A stretch of 58,236 bases of DNA, counting the filler, from Sphacelaria rigidula (lineage: Eukaryota), in assembly GCA_964200075.2 (NCBI GenBank). It is 8 parts of 8 records of this genome, joined end to end, with 100 filler letters (N's around TTAATTAATTAA, not from the genome) between each part and the next. Parts side by side here need not be neighbours in the genome. Positions count along the whole stretch, not along the records: positions 1 to 7,193 come from CAXNAA020016031.1; positions 7,294 to 14,485 come from CAXNAA020016032.1; 6 more parts are not named here. The stretch is one strand, 5' to 3'. The position numbers were made by a program, and so were the translations under genes. Below the pieces are notes generated by a model that was given only the letters and a program-made list of their open reading frames with translations, was not told where the DNA came from and did no database searches. Below, piece after piece: positions 1-11,922 of this stretch; position 1 is the first letter of the stretch, and each line of letters begins with the position of its first letter.

Positions 1-80
1 ATGAGTTGCTTTATTTTCTGGTATCGCCACTTCCAGAGAAAGCCACGGCTTATACACTGCCTCATGGGTGCGTCACCATG
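1..80 (-). repeat. Repeat A fragment, cut by contig start
   Basis: TTTTCTGGTATCGCCACTTCCAGAGA...CCTCATGGGTG matches the copies at ~4135, 29220, 30030, 32540(rc), 33050(rc) and 51290; a G8 run follows at ~89-96. Confidence 0.85.
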
Positions 81-2149
81 CCGTCACAGGGGGGGGAGAA
101 GAAGAAAAAAAGAAGAGGTGTGAATGGGTTGTTGGCAGAAAAACAAATTGACGAACTTCGTAGAAGGTTGCATAGGAAGAAGTTACGGCCGAATGAATAA
201 CAGAACAAGCATTGTTGACTTAGCTCTGGCTGCTCGAACGGGAAACCTGCGGAAACGGACGAACAATTATCCCTGCGTGCTCTTGAACATTTCATTCACA
301 TTTCTTGCTCGATGTTCTCGCAGCACTTATTCGTTTGCTCCTGGTTTGGCCACCGTCGAAGCTCTGCGACTGCAATGAAACTACATACGAGGCCTCTTGG
401 GCAAAGAAATGGATGAAAGGAAAGCCATCACGAGCTATAATACCGAAGCTGCTGATTGCCGCCCAACAGTTGCGCAGGTCCCCCATCTTTTTTTGTTCCT
501 GTCACACTTCGAACCCCCCCTTCATCGGACACACGAGTCCGTGGTCTCAAAAGATTTACCCATCTCTCCCCCAACACACGCCTTCCATTCAAGTGTCACG
601 AATTGGATGAAATGGATCAGCACGTGCGCATAACGTCGACTCTCATGAGAAATAAAAATAAATGAACTGAGGATTTTTACTACTATACACAACTCCTTAC
701 ACATTTAGCGACAGAAATGAGTTACGTTGGGGAAAAAAATCAAACTGACACTTCGCGGGAATATGCCCCGACCTGATGCTGTCGGTTGGACCATTAAACC
801 ACCGGGGCTCAGCGACCATACACTAGTTTTTTTGCCGTCAACACCGATATTTGTATTACAAATGCGCTCAGATCGGCGGCGCAGGGTGGCTGAGTCAGAT
901 TCTGGAGGTGCAGGTCTTCATTGCGGATAAAGCGGGTGGAGTTGGCACTCGGGGATCTTTCTTGGGGTGGCTGGTGTCTGCCCACCGGGTTTGGCCGTCG
1001 TGGTCATTGTCAACGGCAAAGAAGACGATGAAGGCTTTGACTGCGCGGGTTCGCCTGCTTGCGGGCAGTGCTAGTGGCGAGCATGCGGTGCGACTGGGGA
1101 AGGTACGAAGGTAGTCCCAAATGGCCTTCATACAGTACTGGGGAGTGACCAGAAATGGTACGAGTACTATTCGAGACAAAGCAATGCTTTCGGTATAACG
1201 TGGGCCCTTCGGGCTAAACTTGTACAGTGCAGCCACGGATAGGGCGAGACCTCTCTACTGTGCACGGCCGTACCCACGAGGCAAAGATCCCTTATTTTTT
1301 CTTCCTCCTTGACACAGGGACAACATGCGCCGTAGATCAACATGCTTGAAGAACTCCGAGTGTAAACGGTGTTCATCTGGTGTTCTGCCCACTCTGCATC
1401 ATTGCGTATCTCTAGTGCACCGTTTTTAACATAGGTGAAGGCGTATACTTCCTAGCGTAAAGACCAAGGACACAAAATCGCGTTAACAAACGCGCACGAA
1501 CTGCTGTGTCCATGGAAATATCTCGCCGAGATCTTCCGGTATAATTGACACGAACGGGGTCTTGACCCTCTCACCACCATCTCACCACCACGAGAGATGA
1601 GGATATTTTCGGTAGGAGTAACGGTGTACAAACACCTGTACACAGAGGAAGACACCTACTACAGCACATATCGTTACGGTTGAATCTCGTCGAAAACGCG
1701 GCTGAATTGATTAAAAAAATGAAACCTGGTGTGTTGAATTAAGACAGAAGGTGTCCATGCCTTTTTCCCGAGGGCGGTGTACACAGCAGTACCCTGTACA
1801 CAGCAGTACTCTCTGATGCACAAGAGCATGTTGTCCTTGTACTCCTTTGGCGCCTCAACAGCCTCTTGATAACTGAGGAAGTGATACAGTAGTGGGTTGT
1901 CTAACTATTCAGAACCGTTTTGGAGTTTCCCTCGCGTATTTCTCTTCGATAGAACTCGAAATTGCTAGCGTCGGTAGATTTTGGTACAAAAAAAATAGAT
2001 CACTCTCGAAACACAGTGCCCAAGTCAGTGGTAGTTGGTGTTATCGGCCGATACGAGTAAATACCCCGTTCATCAGGCGGGTGTTATTGTCCGTGAAATA
2101 CAGTTTTTCGGCTCTAGTACAAAGAGTAGATGGAATTCCAAAAAAGTAA

Positions 2150-2400
2150 AATTGTACATTTCTTCACAAATATGATCGGGACAGGTTAGATCGACCGAAA
2201 ATACTGCAGAGTACGAATCTGGGATGAAACGTGGCTGGACCCCCGATGACCGGTCAGCCCGTAAGTCACTCAATATTGACCACATGTGAATTTCTTCTCT
2301 TGGAATGTGGAGCGGATACAAATATCTTCAGATCCCCACTGTGATAAGCGGTGACAAGCGAGAAGAGCCCAAGAAAATCGCCACTTGGGGAAACATCACA
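2150..2400 (-). mobile_element. LTR-related fragment of the Gypsy family seen in contig 4
   Basis: The reverse complement aligns with 23560-23805 (GGCGATTTTCTTGGGCTCTT...GGGCTGACCGGTCATCGGGGGTC...CCTGTCCCGATCATATTT). The true ends are not resolved. Confidence 0.7.
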
Positions 2401-2952
2401 AAATGCCACAAAATAAATAGTTAGACCGCCCACTACTGTATATAAACTGTAAACACGGCTTTGCCGCAAGATACGCATAACTAGCAACTTCGAGCAGAAA
2501 TGTCTTCCTGGTTTCGACTGGTGGAATCACTTCGGTTGACCCCACCGCTTCACCAGCGACCCGGCATCTTAGCTTCTCCAAAGGCAATAGTTTCTGCCCT
2601 AGAAAAAAGAGTACCCATTGTCTACACACTGATGGGGGCTCGCGGCCACAGAGTCAACAAAGGAAAACCAAGGTTGGGCTTCATATCGCCTCGGGCCAAA
2701 ACTATATCTCGGAATTATACCGCCTTGCGCCATCACAACGTCATTGTGGGACAATATCGTCTTAGGGCACCAGGTGTCGTTTCGGAACACCATCGGATTG
2801 GGGCATCAGCCGCCATTTCAGAACAAAATATTCAGCTGAGCTCCAACCCCGGTAACTCCGACGCTATAGCCGGACAACTTAGTTCTTTGTTGGCTACCAC
2901 CCCCCTCCAATCAGAACGCATCTAGCATATTCCATGATTCTCAACCCCTCCG

Positions 2953-3112
2953 CCCTTCATGCGACTCGTCGGACACATCCCGGCGCTTCGCGCTCGGTGC
3001 CCGGTTGCGAGCTTGGTCCAGCGGAAATTCGGCGTGCTCCGTCTTGGCTTTGTAGGGATGCGAGTTCAATCGTACATGACTACGGCATGCAAGATCATAA
3101 GATCGTGAGTAC
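2953..3112 (+). mobile_element. Repeat A, 5'-truncated 3' end
   Basis: Ends ...GGCATGCAAGATCATAAGATCGTGAGTAC followed by ACCCCC; preceded by CCCCTCCG. Confidence 0.85.
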
Positions 3113-3405
3113 ACCCCCTTCTCTCATGCATATCCTTCGACCGAATCAGTCATTTGCCACGAGGATCTGGTCGTGCCAACCAGGTTCCATCTCATATGGC
3201 TCAGCGCCGATGGGATTCACCCTGCTGACTACGACGTGAGCCACTGTTGAGTTAATGTGCGACATCACGAACGTTGTGAGACTACGGGGGAAGCACGGAA
3301 CCATCACGCAGTCGAGTGCAGACAGGGAAGACAGGCCTCTGAGACAGAATGGAACCACAGACACAAAGAAACAAGGCGCTCCTACAGACTGCTGTGACTC
3401 TTCAC

Positions 3406-3571
3406 CTGCTCCTGTTCCCTATTACGGCCCATCTTCGCCTCCTTGTTGGCAGCCCTCTCCAAAGAGTGGGTCTCCAGATCGGCCTTGGCAGCCTCTAGGG
3501 CGGCAGTCGTCGCCTCAGCCTCCATGGCCGCTTTCTCAGCCAGGGTCACTTGCCATCTCTCCATGAACTCG
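3406..3571 (-). CDS. CLC: Clathrin light chain, internal exon (heavy-chain-binding helix)
   Basis: ttttcgcag acceptor, gtgaag donor, 166 nt. Encodes (D)EFMERWQVTLAEKAAMEAEATTAALEAAKADLETHSLERAANKEAKMGRNREQEQ, matching the CLC pattern W..L..K...A..DL...R...K...NRxxE. Phase 2 joins the 6667-6875 exon (GA+C = Asp). The downstream exon was not found in this contig. Confidence 0.8.
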
Positions 3572-3903
3572 CTGCGAAAAGCAATTTCAAATCAAACAAG
3601 AAGAGGGACGGGAAAAAAGCAGCTCAGAGAACAAGACAGAGAATATAAAAAGAAAGAAGGACAAAGAACAAAGAACAAAGAACAAAGCGCACAGCTCGCA
3701 TGTGAACGACAACCCATCTGCGCAGGTCGATCCGTATCCCCCTAACAGTTTGTCTTTACTCGTCGCCTCGATCAGAACCGTTTGTTCAGATCGTTTGTTC
3801 AGATCCGTGTCAAAAAGATGAAAAATTCATTCCTGGGTAATCACATATAATCATCTCTCCTCTGGAGGTGTGTGTATGTGTGTGTGAGAGAGGGGGGGGG
3901 AGG

Positions 3904-4391
3904 GTACTCATGATCTTGCATGCGGTAGTCATCAGACCAGTGACCTCGCATGCCTACGACGCAGGGACGGGGCACGCCGGGTTTTCGCCGGACCAGACTC
4001 GCAATCATCAACCGCGAAGCGTCGTGATGTATTCGGCGAGTCGCATGAAGGGTGAGCTGCATCCTGCTAAGATTGTTCGGCCCGAAGCCTACTGATTATC
4101 ATGCATTTGGACGGCAGCCTACAATGTGATGCTTCATTTTCTGGTATCGCCACTTCCAGAAACAGCCAGGTTACACACTGACGCATTGGTGTCTCACCAC
4201 TTGAACACTACCTGGTACGATCATCCCCTTGCGCGGAGTTTGAGTTCTCCACCCCACAAAATACGATCGAGCTCGACCACAACCATGGTTACCGCAAAAA
4301 AACGCGAGTACAAAAAGACAACGGTAACCTGCTTGCTCATATTACGCAGTGAGTGACGCGTTTTACAGCATCGTTGCCAACCGACGCCAAC
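3904..4391 (-). mobile_element. Repeat A, near full-length copy in the CLC intron
   Basis: Starts GTACTCATGATCTTGCATG after a G-rich run (3891-3903) and extends to GCCAACCGACGCCAAC; a G-rich tract follows at ~4402-4427. Confidence 0.85.
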
Positions 4392-4699
4392 ACTCGAAAA
4401 AGGGTGGAAGGGGGGCGGGGGAGAGGGATGTGCGGTTCCGCAGTGACGAGCCGTAGGCAGTACTTACGACCCCACGCTAACAGAAGTGCGTATTGCGGTG
4501 CTATAAACCGTCAACATAACCAACTTCATTCTCGAAAAGACTGGCCACGTCTTGCAGCGGAAGTATCTGGATGTAGAGTACCCGCTTCCCCACGCTGAAT
4601 TTGGGGTCACAGAAAAAAAGTTCGCGTGTGGTGCCGAAACTGAAATATTTACCACCCCGCGGAGGAAAACGTGTCTTGACAACATTGTTTTATTATATG

Positions 4700-6422
4700 C
4701 AGGGGTCTACACGTTGCACGTGCCACGTTACGTGCCACAACGTTACACGTTACGTGGACTTGAAAAAAAAACGTGATAAACGTAACGTTAAAGTTCTAAA
4801 TGAAACGTTAACGTAACGTTATTTCCTTAGCGTACCAAACGAAACGTAGCATAAACGTTAAATTGCACAAATGTTCAGAACACATCATATTCAACGTTCC
4901 ATGGAACGTGTAACGCCCCTTAGACGTTACACGCTACATGAAATGTTCCGTATCACGTTACACATTACATACAACGTCATAAACACGTTACATAAAGCGG
5001 TGCACACTTCAAGTTTGCAATGAGTTTTGAAATCCCAGTAGACAAGTGACAATTGTACAACGGTACAAGTACAGGCCGTATATTTTTTTGTCAACAGAAC
5101 GAGGTTGTACTTTGCATACCCAGGACGAGTGCAAGCTATACTTGTAGTCGTGTACTACTGTATTTCCGACTACAGGCTGTACTCTGCAAGCACAGTAGTG
5201 TAAGGTCGCAAGTACAGTTTGTAATCTGCAAGCACATTGTGCAAGGTTACAAGTCCAGCCTGTACGTGCGAACACAGTACAGTACGAGGTGGCTTAGCAG
5301 ATACAACAGACAACAGTGTTATAGTACAATTTATACAAACACCCCGTACTTTGCACACAGTATTTTAGTACTTCGCGACAACAGGAGGCGGGCTCGCATT
5401 TGACAGCGGTGACGTCGGCAATGTCCTCAGTTCTACACCGTCTTCACGGTAACGTTCAAGGCATATTTACGTACATGGTACTGCATGCAGATGCAGAGGG
5501 TATGACTTCTGCCTGCACTACGGTACATGTGCAGGCTCTACTTTGTTTGCAAACACCCGTAACCGTCTCAGATGGAAAAAAAGCGGACTCCCGCATGGAA
5601 AAAAAACGACGCAAGATCGCAAAAAGGCGTGGATGGACTTTCATTTCCCTGGTGGGGGAGTACATTTTTTCCGCTAGATAAATGAATTGATTGCCCGGAC
5701 CGCGATGTAAGCCTGCCACACATACACACATCAATACATACATACATGCATGCATGCATGCATGCATACATACTAACGTACGCCTGCCTTTGACGGCCGT
5801 GATGCACCATCTTATTTCGCCATGTATACATGTACACAAATATAGAACCAAGGGTACCCGATATACGGACTGTACTGTAGTTATGTCTGCGGAATACCGC
5901 GACGACTCAAGCCGGCGTTCAATCATGTTCAAGATCGGTTGTGTGTACAGTATGTGCTGTCGTGCGAATGACCAAACACTTGAAAATTGAAAATAGTTGG
6001 GTCAAAACCGAATGAAGGATGCACTGTAGGGAAAGTAACGGCACACATTCAGATAATGCGCCTACGCTCAAACATACGACGGGCCACTGTGAGCATCACG
6101 CACACCGTAACGTCACGCGGTACACGACACGTTACAACACCTTGAACACTGGTCAGTGACCCGTGACATGCACGGAATGAAACGTTACATTCGAACGTTA
6201 CACGCGTCAACAAAACGTTTCATGTTACATGTAACGAAATGTACACGTTAAATTATTCTCACGTGATGAACGTAACGTGACCGTAACGTTAAATTTTCAG
6301 ATGAAACGTTAACCTAACGGTGACTTTTTTTCCACGTGCCGAACGAAACGTAACGTGAGCGTTAATTTTTACAAACGTGATTGACGTAACGTGAACGTGA
6401 ACGTGTAACGCGTATACTCCTG
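4700..6422. mobile_element. Non-autonomous hAT-like DNA transposon (1.7 kb) in the CLC intron
   Basis: TIRs CAGGGGTCTACACGTTGCACGT / rc CAGGAGTATACGCGTTACACGT. Degenerate 8-bp TSD ATTATATG / ATTATTTA (6/8). Dense subterminal (A)ACGTTA(C) arrays at both ends. Confidence 0.7.
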
Positions 6423-6666
6423 ATTATTTATTCAGACAACAAGTCTGAGAAATCGTTTCCTTGACTTCGGGCGGATACTCACATCTGCTAGATTGACCCC
6501 ACTTTTACTCCAAAAGTGGCTTGTCAGAACCAAATACTCCATCTCTAGGCTCTCACCGAGTCAATTCGCCTACCCCAACCCGAACGTCGGACGATTTCGG
6601 ACAAATCAACGAAAACATTCGAACAAGAGACAAAGATGGAAAATGACCTCGAGAGTAACTACTTAC

Positions 6667-6875
6667 TCAAGCGCGCTCGGCTCCACGTCCTCTGGCGCCG
6701 GCATCCCCATGTCGGCCATCGCGCCCATGTTGCCCATGCCACCCCCGCCCATGTTACCCATGCCATCCCCGCCCATGTTGCCCATGCCATCCCCGCCCAT
6801 GTTGCCCATGCCATCTCCGCCCATGCCATTACCCACCCCGCCTCCCATAGTGTCATTGTCCAACGACGCGTACCC
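6667..6875 (-). CDS. CLC: Clathrin light chain, upstream exon with Gly/Met-rich repeat
   Basis: ctgcag acceptor, gtaagt donor, 209 nt. Encodes GYASLDNDTMGGGVGNGM(GGDGMGNM)3GGGGMGNMGAMADMGMPAPEDVEPSAL; the EPSAL(D)EF..RW junction resembles CLC EPExIRxWR. Confidence 0.75.
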
Positions 6876-7175
6876 CTGCAGCGCAAGATCATTACATGAA
6901 ACGAAACACAAGAATCAAAATCCATAAATGTTACCATCAGGTACGTCATATACCACCCCCTCAGGTGATGATTTTTTTACGCGTCGCCCGTGGTGTCAAT
7001 TGTTCAACGATGCGTACTACCATCATGGCGCGTACGATCGTGCGGTGAAAATATGGGGGGGAAAGTTGATATGTGTCGGGAGGTAGCGATCGAGAAACGT
7101 ACTGGATTAAACCCGACGGGCTCTAGCATATCAATAAACTCTTGTCTTTTTGGGGGGGGGGACGGGGGAGGGGGT

Positions 7176-7193
7176 GTACTCATGATCATAGAT
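7176..7193 (-). repeat. Repeat A 3' tip at contig end
   Basis: GTACTCATGATC directly after a G-rich tract (7152-7174). Confidence 0.6.
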
Positions 7194-7293
7194 NNNNNNN
7201 NNNNNNNNNNNNNNNNNNNNNNNNNNNNNNNNNNNNNTTAATTAATTAANNNNNNNNNNNNNNNNNNNNNNNNNNNNNNNNNNNNNNNNNNNN
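7194..7293. other. Artificial contig spacer; identical spacers at 14486-14585, 21778-21877, 29070-29169, 36362-36461, 43654-43753 and 50946-51045
   Basis: N44-TTAATTAATTAA-N44, 100 nt, with stops in all six frames. Confidence 0.98.
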
Positions 7294-7430
7294 CAGGGAA
7301 AGAACTGTTTTCGAGTTGAAACTCATTAAAATGTTGAACCTCAATAACTAATCCAGACTGTTGTATTGCGATCATCCCCATTGTATCGGGGGGGGGGGAT
7401 ATTTGAATGCAAGAAAACAGAGGCTCAAAA

Positions 7431-7629
7431 GTGTGTCAGACGACCTGCCACACTCGCTGTGCGCTTGTTTTTGGTTCCAAACGCTGTCAATCGGTATGAA
7501 CGAGCGTTATATATTATATTTCAATAATAAGTTCGTTCGAGCAACCGTTGCTCCTTTCAAGGACGATTTGACTTGGAATTTCGTGCAAGAAGTGGCCCAA
7601 AATACCCCCTCCCTATCGTAGGATGGCTC
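7431..7629. repeat. Diverged ~195-bp repeat (transposon end), copy 1
   Basis: Aligns in direct orientation with 8874-9069; both end CCCTATCGTAGGATG. Confidence 0.75.
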
Positions 7630-7970
7630 GATGAGAACCCGGATGATCAAAATCTTCGAAATATAATTCCACTTCTTCACCTACTTGTAGCTACTGACAA
7701 GTACTACACGCCATGCAAATTTGGATCCTGACAACCGACGTGTTGGGGTCCTTGGTGAAAAATACTTTTGGGGAAGTTAGATGATCGGACCAGATCGCCG
7801 AGATTCCCCAAAACTGTTTCTCCACCTAGAACCCCAACATGTCGGTTATCAGGATCCGAATTTGTATGACGTGTAGTAGTTGTCAATAGCTACGAGCAGG
7901 TGAAGAAATGGAACCATATATCGAAGATTTGGTGCGGATAGGAGGATTTTCTTTGTCTGGGTTTCTCATC
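7630..7970. mobile_element. Foldback element / MITE
   Basis: Arm ~7648-7778 is the reverse complement of ~7803-7931; outer GATGAGAACCCGGA pairs with TCTGGGTTTCTCATC. No clear TSD. Confidence 0.75.
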
Positions 7971-8181
7971 CTCAATAAAAATCCATCCCCAAGTTGAAAA
8001 ACCCTGGGTTATCAGCGAGAACCGCCCGGCATAAATACGGTGTATGCCGTTGCCAGTTCCCGACTAACATACAACATCCATCGTTTAGCTGTAGCAAATG
8101 TTCAGTCACCCATTTCAAGTTGTCCAAGGATCATCTTCATGCGGGTTTTCGGCACCTCGGGGGCGGGCTAGTTTCTTCGGA

Positions 8182-8243
8182 CAATCGAAGATGCAATCGA
8201 AGATGCAGTCGAAGATGCAGTCGAAGATGCAGTCGAAGATGCA
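8182..8243. repeat. 12-bp tandem repeat x5
   Basis: TCGAAGATGCA(A/G) repeated five times. Confidence 0.9.
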
Positions 8244-8873
8244 TGGGCCTCACACACCTGATGAGAAGGTTGAATAGTTAATTGGTTGATTGTCTTACAT
8301 CAACATTAACTGATGATCGACTGCATATCCAGCCTTGGTCATAAGAAAGAGACCTACCTTTGGCCGAGGATATCAAACGGAAACACTCGCTGAGGAGTAT
8401 TGACATCGCTTTTTTCTTCAGAGATCTCCGAATTTTTTTGGGGGGAAGAAAACTCTGAAAAATGTGAGATCGGATTTTTTCAGCAACTCAGAAGACTGAT
8501 CAATTCAAGACTGGCTACTATTTGGATTTCTCCGAACATCTGCCGTCGAAGTTTTTCCTAGCACTTTCCTATTACATAAGTCGAAGAATTTCATTTTTTG
8601 GGAAATGTGGGAAAAGTATCTCAACAAAAATGCCCCGTTAATAAAACCCTCGATGGAAAAATTAAAAAAAGGATAAATAAAGTGAGACGGAGAGAAAATG
8701 ATACCCCGAAAAAAACGAGGAAAGATGAGGGAAAGAGGAATAACTCGAGAGGTTTTCCCCGCTTCGCATCACGTGAAGAGACTTCGGAAGAGATGAATAA
8801 TGATCCTTCGCGACGAGTGATCCCACGACGGGGGGCAGGGGCGTTTGATTCCACGAAAAATAGGGCTAATAGT

Positions 8874-9069
8874 TGTGTCAGACGACCTAGACACTCGCGA
8901 TGCGCTTGTATTTGGCTGGGTGAAAACGGTGTCGAGCAGTAAGAACGAACGTTATGGATTGGTAACAAGCGCGTTCGAACAACCGTCGCTTCTTTAAAAG
9001 ACGATTTGAGGTGGAATGTCGTGGAGGAAATGGCTCACTATACCACCACCCCCCTATCGTAGGATGACT
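8874..9069. repeat. Diverged ~195-bp repeat (transposon end), copy 2
   Basis: See 7431-7629. Confidence 0.75.
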
Positions 9070-11349
9070 GCACCAATGTTTTTCATCTCTCCCTTTCCTT
9101 GAATCCGTCTTACAACATGTAGCCGTTTCATTTCACGTTTGACATGTCTACCCTGTGACCACGGCTGGATTCCTCGACAATTACTTCATGTGCGACGATC
9201 GATCAGTCAATGCCCCGATCGTTCTGTGTGCATCGTTGGGTAGGCAGTGGCCTCAGCTTACTAAAACTGGGCAATTTACCCCAGGAGCTCCAATTGCAGT
9301 CCTCTTCAGCGTACCCCAGCATGTACGCATTTGTGATTTGTGTGTTGTTCAGTTTCATACTACCGTAATCGCCGTCATGAACGTTCGAGCACGAATGATT
9401 TCCCTGAGAAGGCTTCGCTCCCAGAAGGTGACCCTCAAGAGGGTGCACAACAGTGCATACATCCACCCTGGACAGCAGGTCAGCAGCTAGTGGGTCTCTC
9501 GGAGGATTTTAAACGACCGACTTTGGTGCGCATACGCTTTTCCTCCTCCTTGCAATGCCTACTCGAATCGTTTTTCCATCCAGCAAATATTTCGATGGAC
9601 ATATCCATCGCAGTATGAGGCAGAGAACGCTACTGCACAGCTTACTATATTTGGCCTGGATACTTGCACACATCCGGCTACTCGATGAAGCTACACTAAT
9701 AGCTATGCACCGTCTCGAGTACAATACTCGCGAATAAGTAACACGAACGGTGGAACCCCCAGCCCTAATATTATTTCAAATATTCCCCAGGCCTCGCACA
9801 AAACGACCCGTTCCTCATTCGACACAGCCACAACGTTTCCGTACGGAGGAGACAGCTTGCCAACGCGACACAAAATAATACGAAGCACATGCAAGACATG
9901 TCGAGGTACGCACGTCCAACAACCCTGGATATGCACTCCCTGCACCCGCAAAGATGTCTGAACAAACAGCGGACGTTACATTTGAGCCGCTATTCCTCAG
10001 CTCTTCAGCCCGCCCCCTCACCGAAGACATCGTAGACAGTTCCGAATACCCGCTTTTTATCTCGGCGGAACGAGATTCCCACTACCAGAGCTCACACTGT
10101 ACTATAATGGGTGTCGGAACACGGCATGAGGAAAGGAACAAAACCAAAAACCGAAAATAATAATAAAGAAACGACAAGAACCCATCGGAAAAATTTCGTC
10201 AATCTTTCCCTTTCCCTTTCCCTCAACCCCGCTACCCGCCCGTTTCCCCTCTGGTCATTGCTGCATTTTGCGCACAGGTATGGAGTACTTGTTTCAAATT
10301 GCTCGCTTACTACACCAGCACGTACATACAAGTAACACTCTTCTTCGATGCCGTGACATAATTGTGACATCACCACTTAGGTACTCCTGCGACTACACGG
10401 GTCGGGTCCAGCGACGCCCGCCTACTTTCATTTGTTTTCCTCCAGCGCAAACGCCTCAACAATTCTGTGTCACCTGACTTAGTTATTTTCCTCAGCGCAC
10501 GAGTATCCGGTGCATCTGTGGGTGTACCCGTACTCTGAACTCCGCCCACCAGAAAGGTACAATATATACGATCCTTACGTCACAAGTATGCATAAAACAT
10601 CGTATGCTCTGTCTTACTCACTCGCCTATTGGCGATTCCAAACCCACTCCCTTACATCAACACACGCCTCTTAATACGCGGACACTGGTGAAATGATTGG
10701 GCCAAAATGCGCTGGGCAACCGGACAGACGGGACACGGTCACTTGCAGGCTACCCCAGCAATTCGTTTACTACGGAATGACCCAAAATTACGTTAAATGT
10801 TACTCATCAAATACTTGAAGCGTCATATGCCTACCATCTTGCGGGACGTTTGGACAGGATGCTCTCCACGCGTCTCGATTCTCGATTATCACCATCCATC
10901 CCTTTAACTTTCAGCCACCCTCATAGTGAAGTCATTTTCCAGCTACCGTAACTGTGTCAGACCCTCATGAATAATGTTATCGATGGGGATACGTTTGTCT
11001 GTAACACAAGGGTGCCGGTCACAAAAAGCTCAGCTATCCAGGGAACATATATCTGTGCTACATACGATGAAACGTCTTGGGTACTTCATACTGGTACGAC
11101 CACATAACTTTCACTCGCCACAAGAGGCACGAACTGCCCTCCGCGGCGGCCACCATACTTTTTGGCGACACCCGCGAACATGAACGTACCGTACAAAACG
11201 ATGGATACCACCCGCCAGGTAATACATAATCTTTCAGGTCCCCTTAAATACCTAGGAGTGATCATACGAGAGATGGAGGGGGGACTCTACAGCGTGCTCC
11301 TACTTACTACTGTTGCTACTGGTGGGGTGTCAAAGATCGACGAAAACTC

Positions 11350-11552
11350 CAAGGGCAGGTCGAGTTGAGTATACTCAACTGCGGGGTATTTTGAAAGTCG
11401 AACTTGAAGTACACAAATTGAGGGTAGGATTCTAGGGAGCTCCCTAGTTATTTTTTGGATACGGCTCCCAACACTCGACCCTAATTTGAGTACCTCAAGT
11501 ACGTCTTTCCAAATACCCCGCAATTGAGTATACTCTACTCGACCTGCCCTTG
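11350..11552. mobile_element. hAT-type MITE (203 bp)
   Basis: Long TIRs starting CAAGGGCAGGTCGAG; 8-bp TSD GAAAACTC / GAGAACTC (7/8). Confidence 0.85.
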
Positions 11553-11829
11553 GAGAACTCATCATTCGGAGTGCGTGATACAGGGGTGCTTCCGATTACA
11601 ACTTGCAGGTGACACATATTCGACCATCTTCTACGGTACTTGGAACTGTCTCGTTGTCTCGAGATTTTTTTATGTTGGGCATATTTTGGAAGGAGTGGCA
11701 GTGGTGGGATCTCGTTGCACAAGAAAATTGAAATCGGATTGTAGAAGTCAGAATAATAGAACACCCGCGGGTGCTATCCTCCGTATGACTCGCACGATAA
11801 GGTGTTTTTGAAAACGCCTCCCTCCTCAC

Positions 11830-11922
11830 TTTCGCTTGTTGGTCACAGCGAGAGCTCCCATGGCTACCAGCGCGGTAGCCGCGGTTGCCGCACCAATTGC
11901 CGCACCAGGTGAAACCATACTC
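11830..11922 (-). CDS. Candidate 93-nt exon encoding a hydrophobic helix (unknown protein)
   Basis: ctccag acceptor, gtgagg donor, frame-preserving; SMVSPGAAIGAATAATALVAMGALAVTNKR. No family recognised. Confidence 0.35.

Noticed and set aside
3904..4391. Hammerhead ribozyme / retrozyme in Repeat A
   Set aside because: No CTGANGA…GAAA core seen (only CTGATTA); an HDV-like fold cannot be judged by eye.
6663..6911. Hsp60/GroEL or Hsp70 GGM tail
   Set aside because: The apparent stop lies in a gtaagt donor; the exon splices in phase to a clathrin-light-chain helix exon.
7238..7249. Regularly spaced TTAATTAATTAA motif as a biological repeat
   Set aside because: Assembly linker embedded in N runs.
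8182..8243. CRISPR-like array
   Set aside because: Contiguous 12-bp units with no spacers; eukaryotic context.
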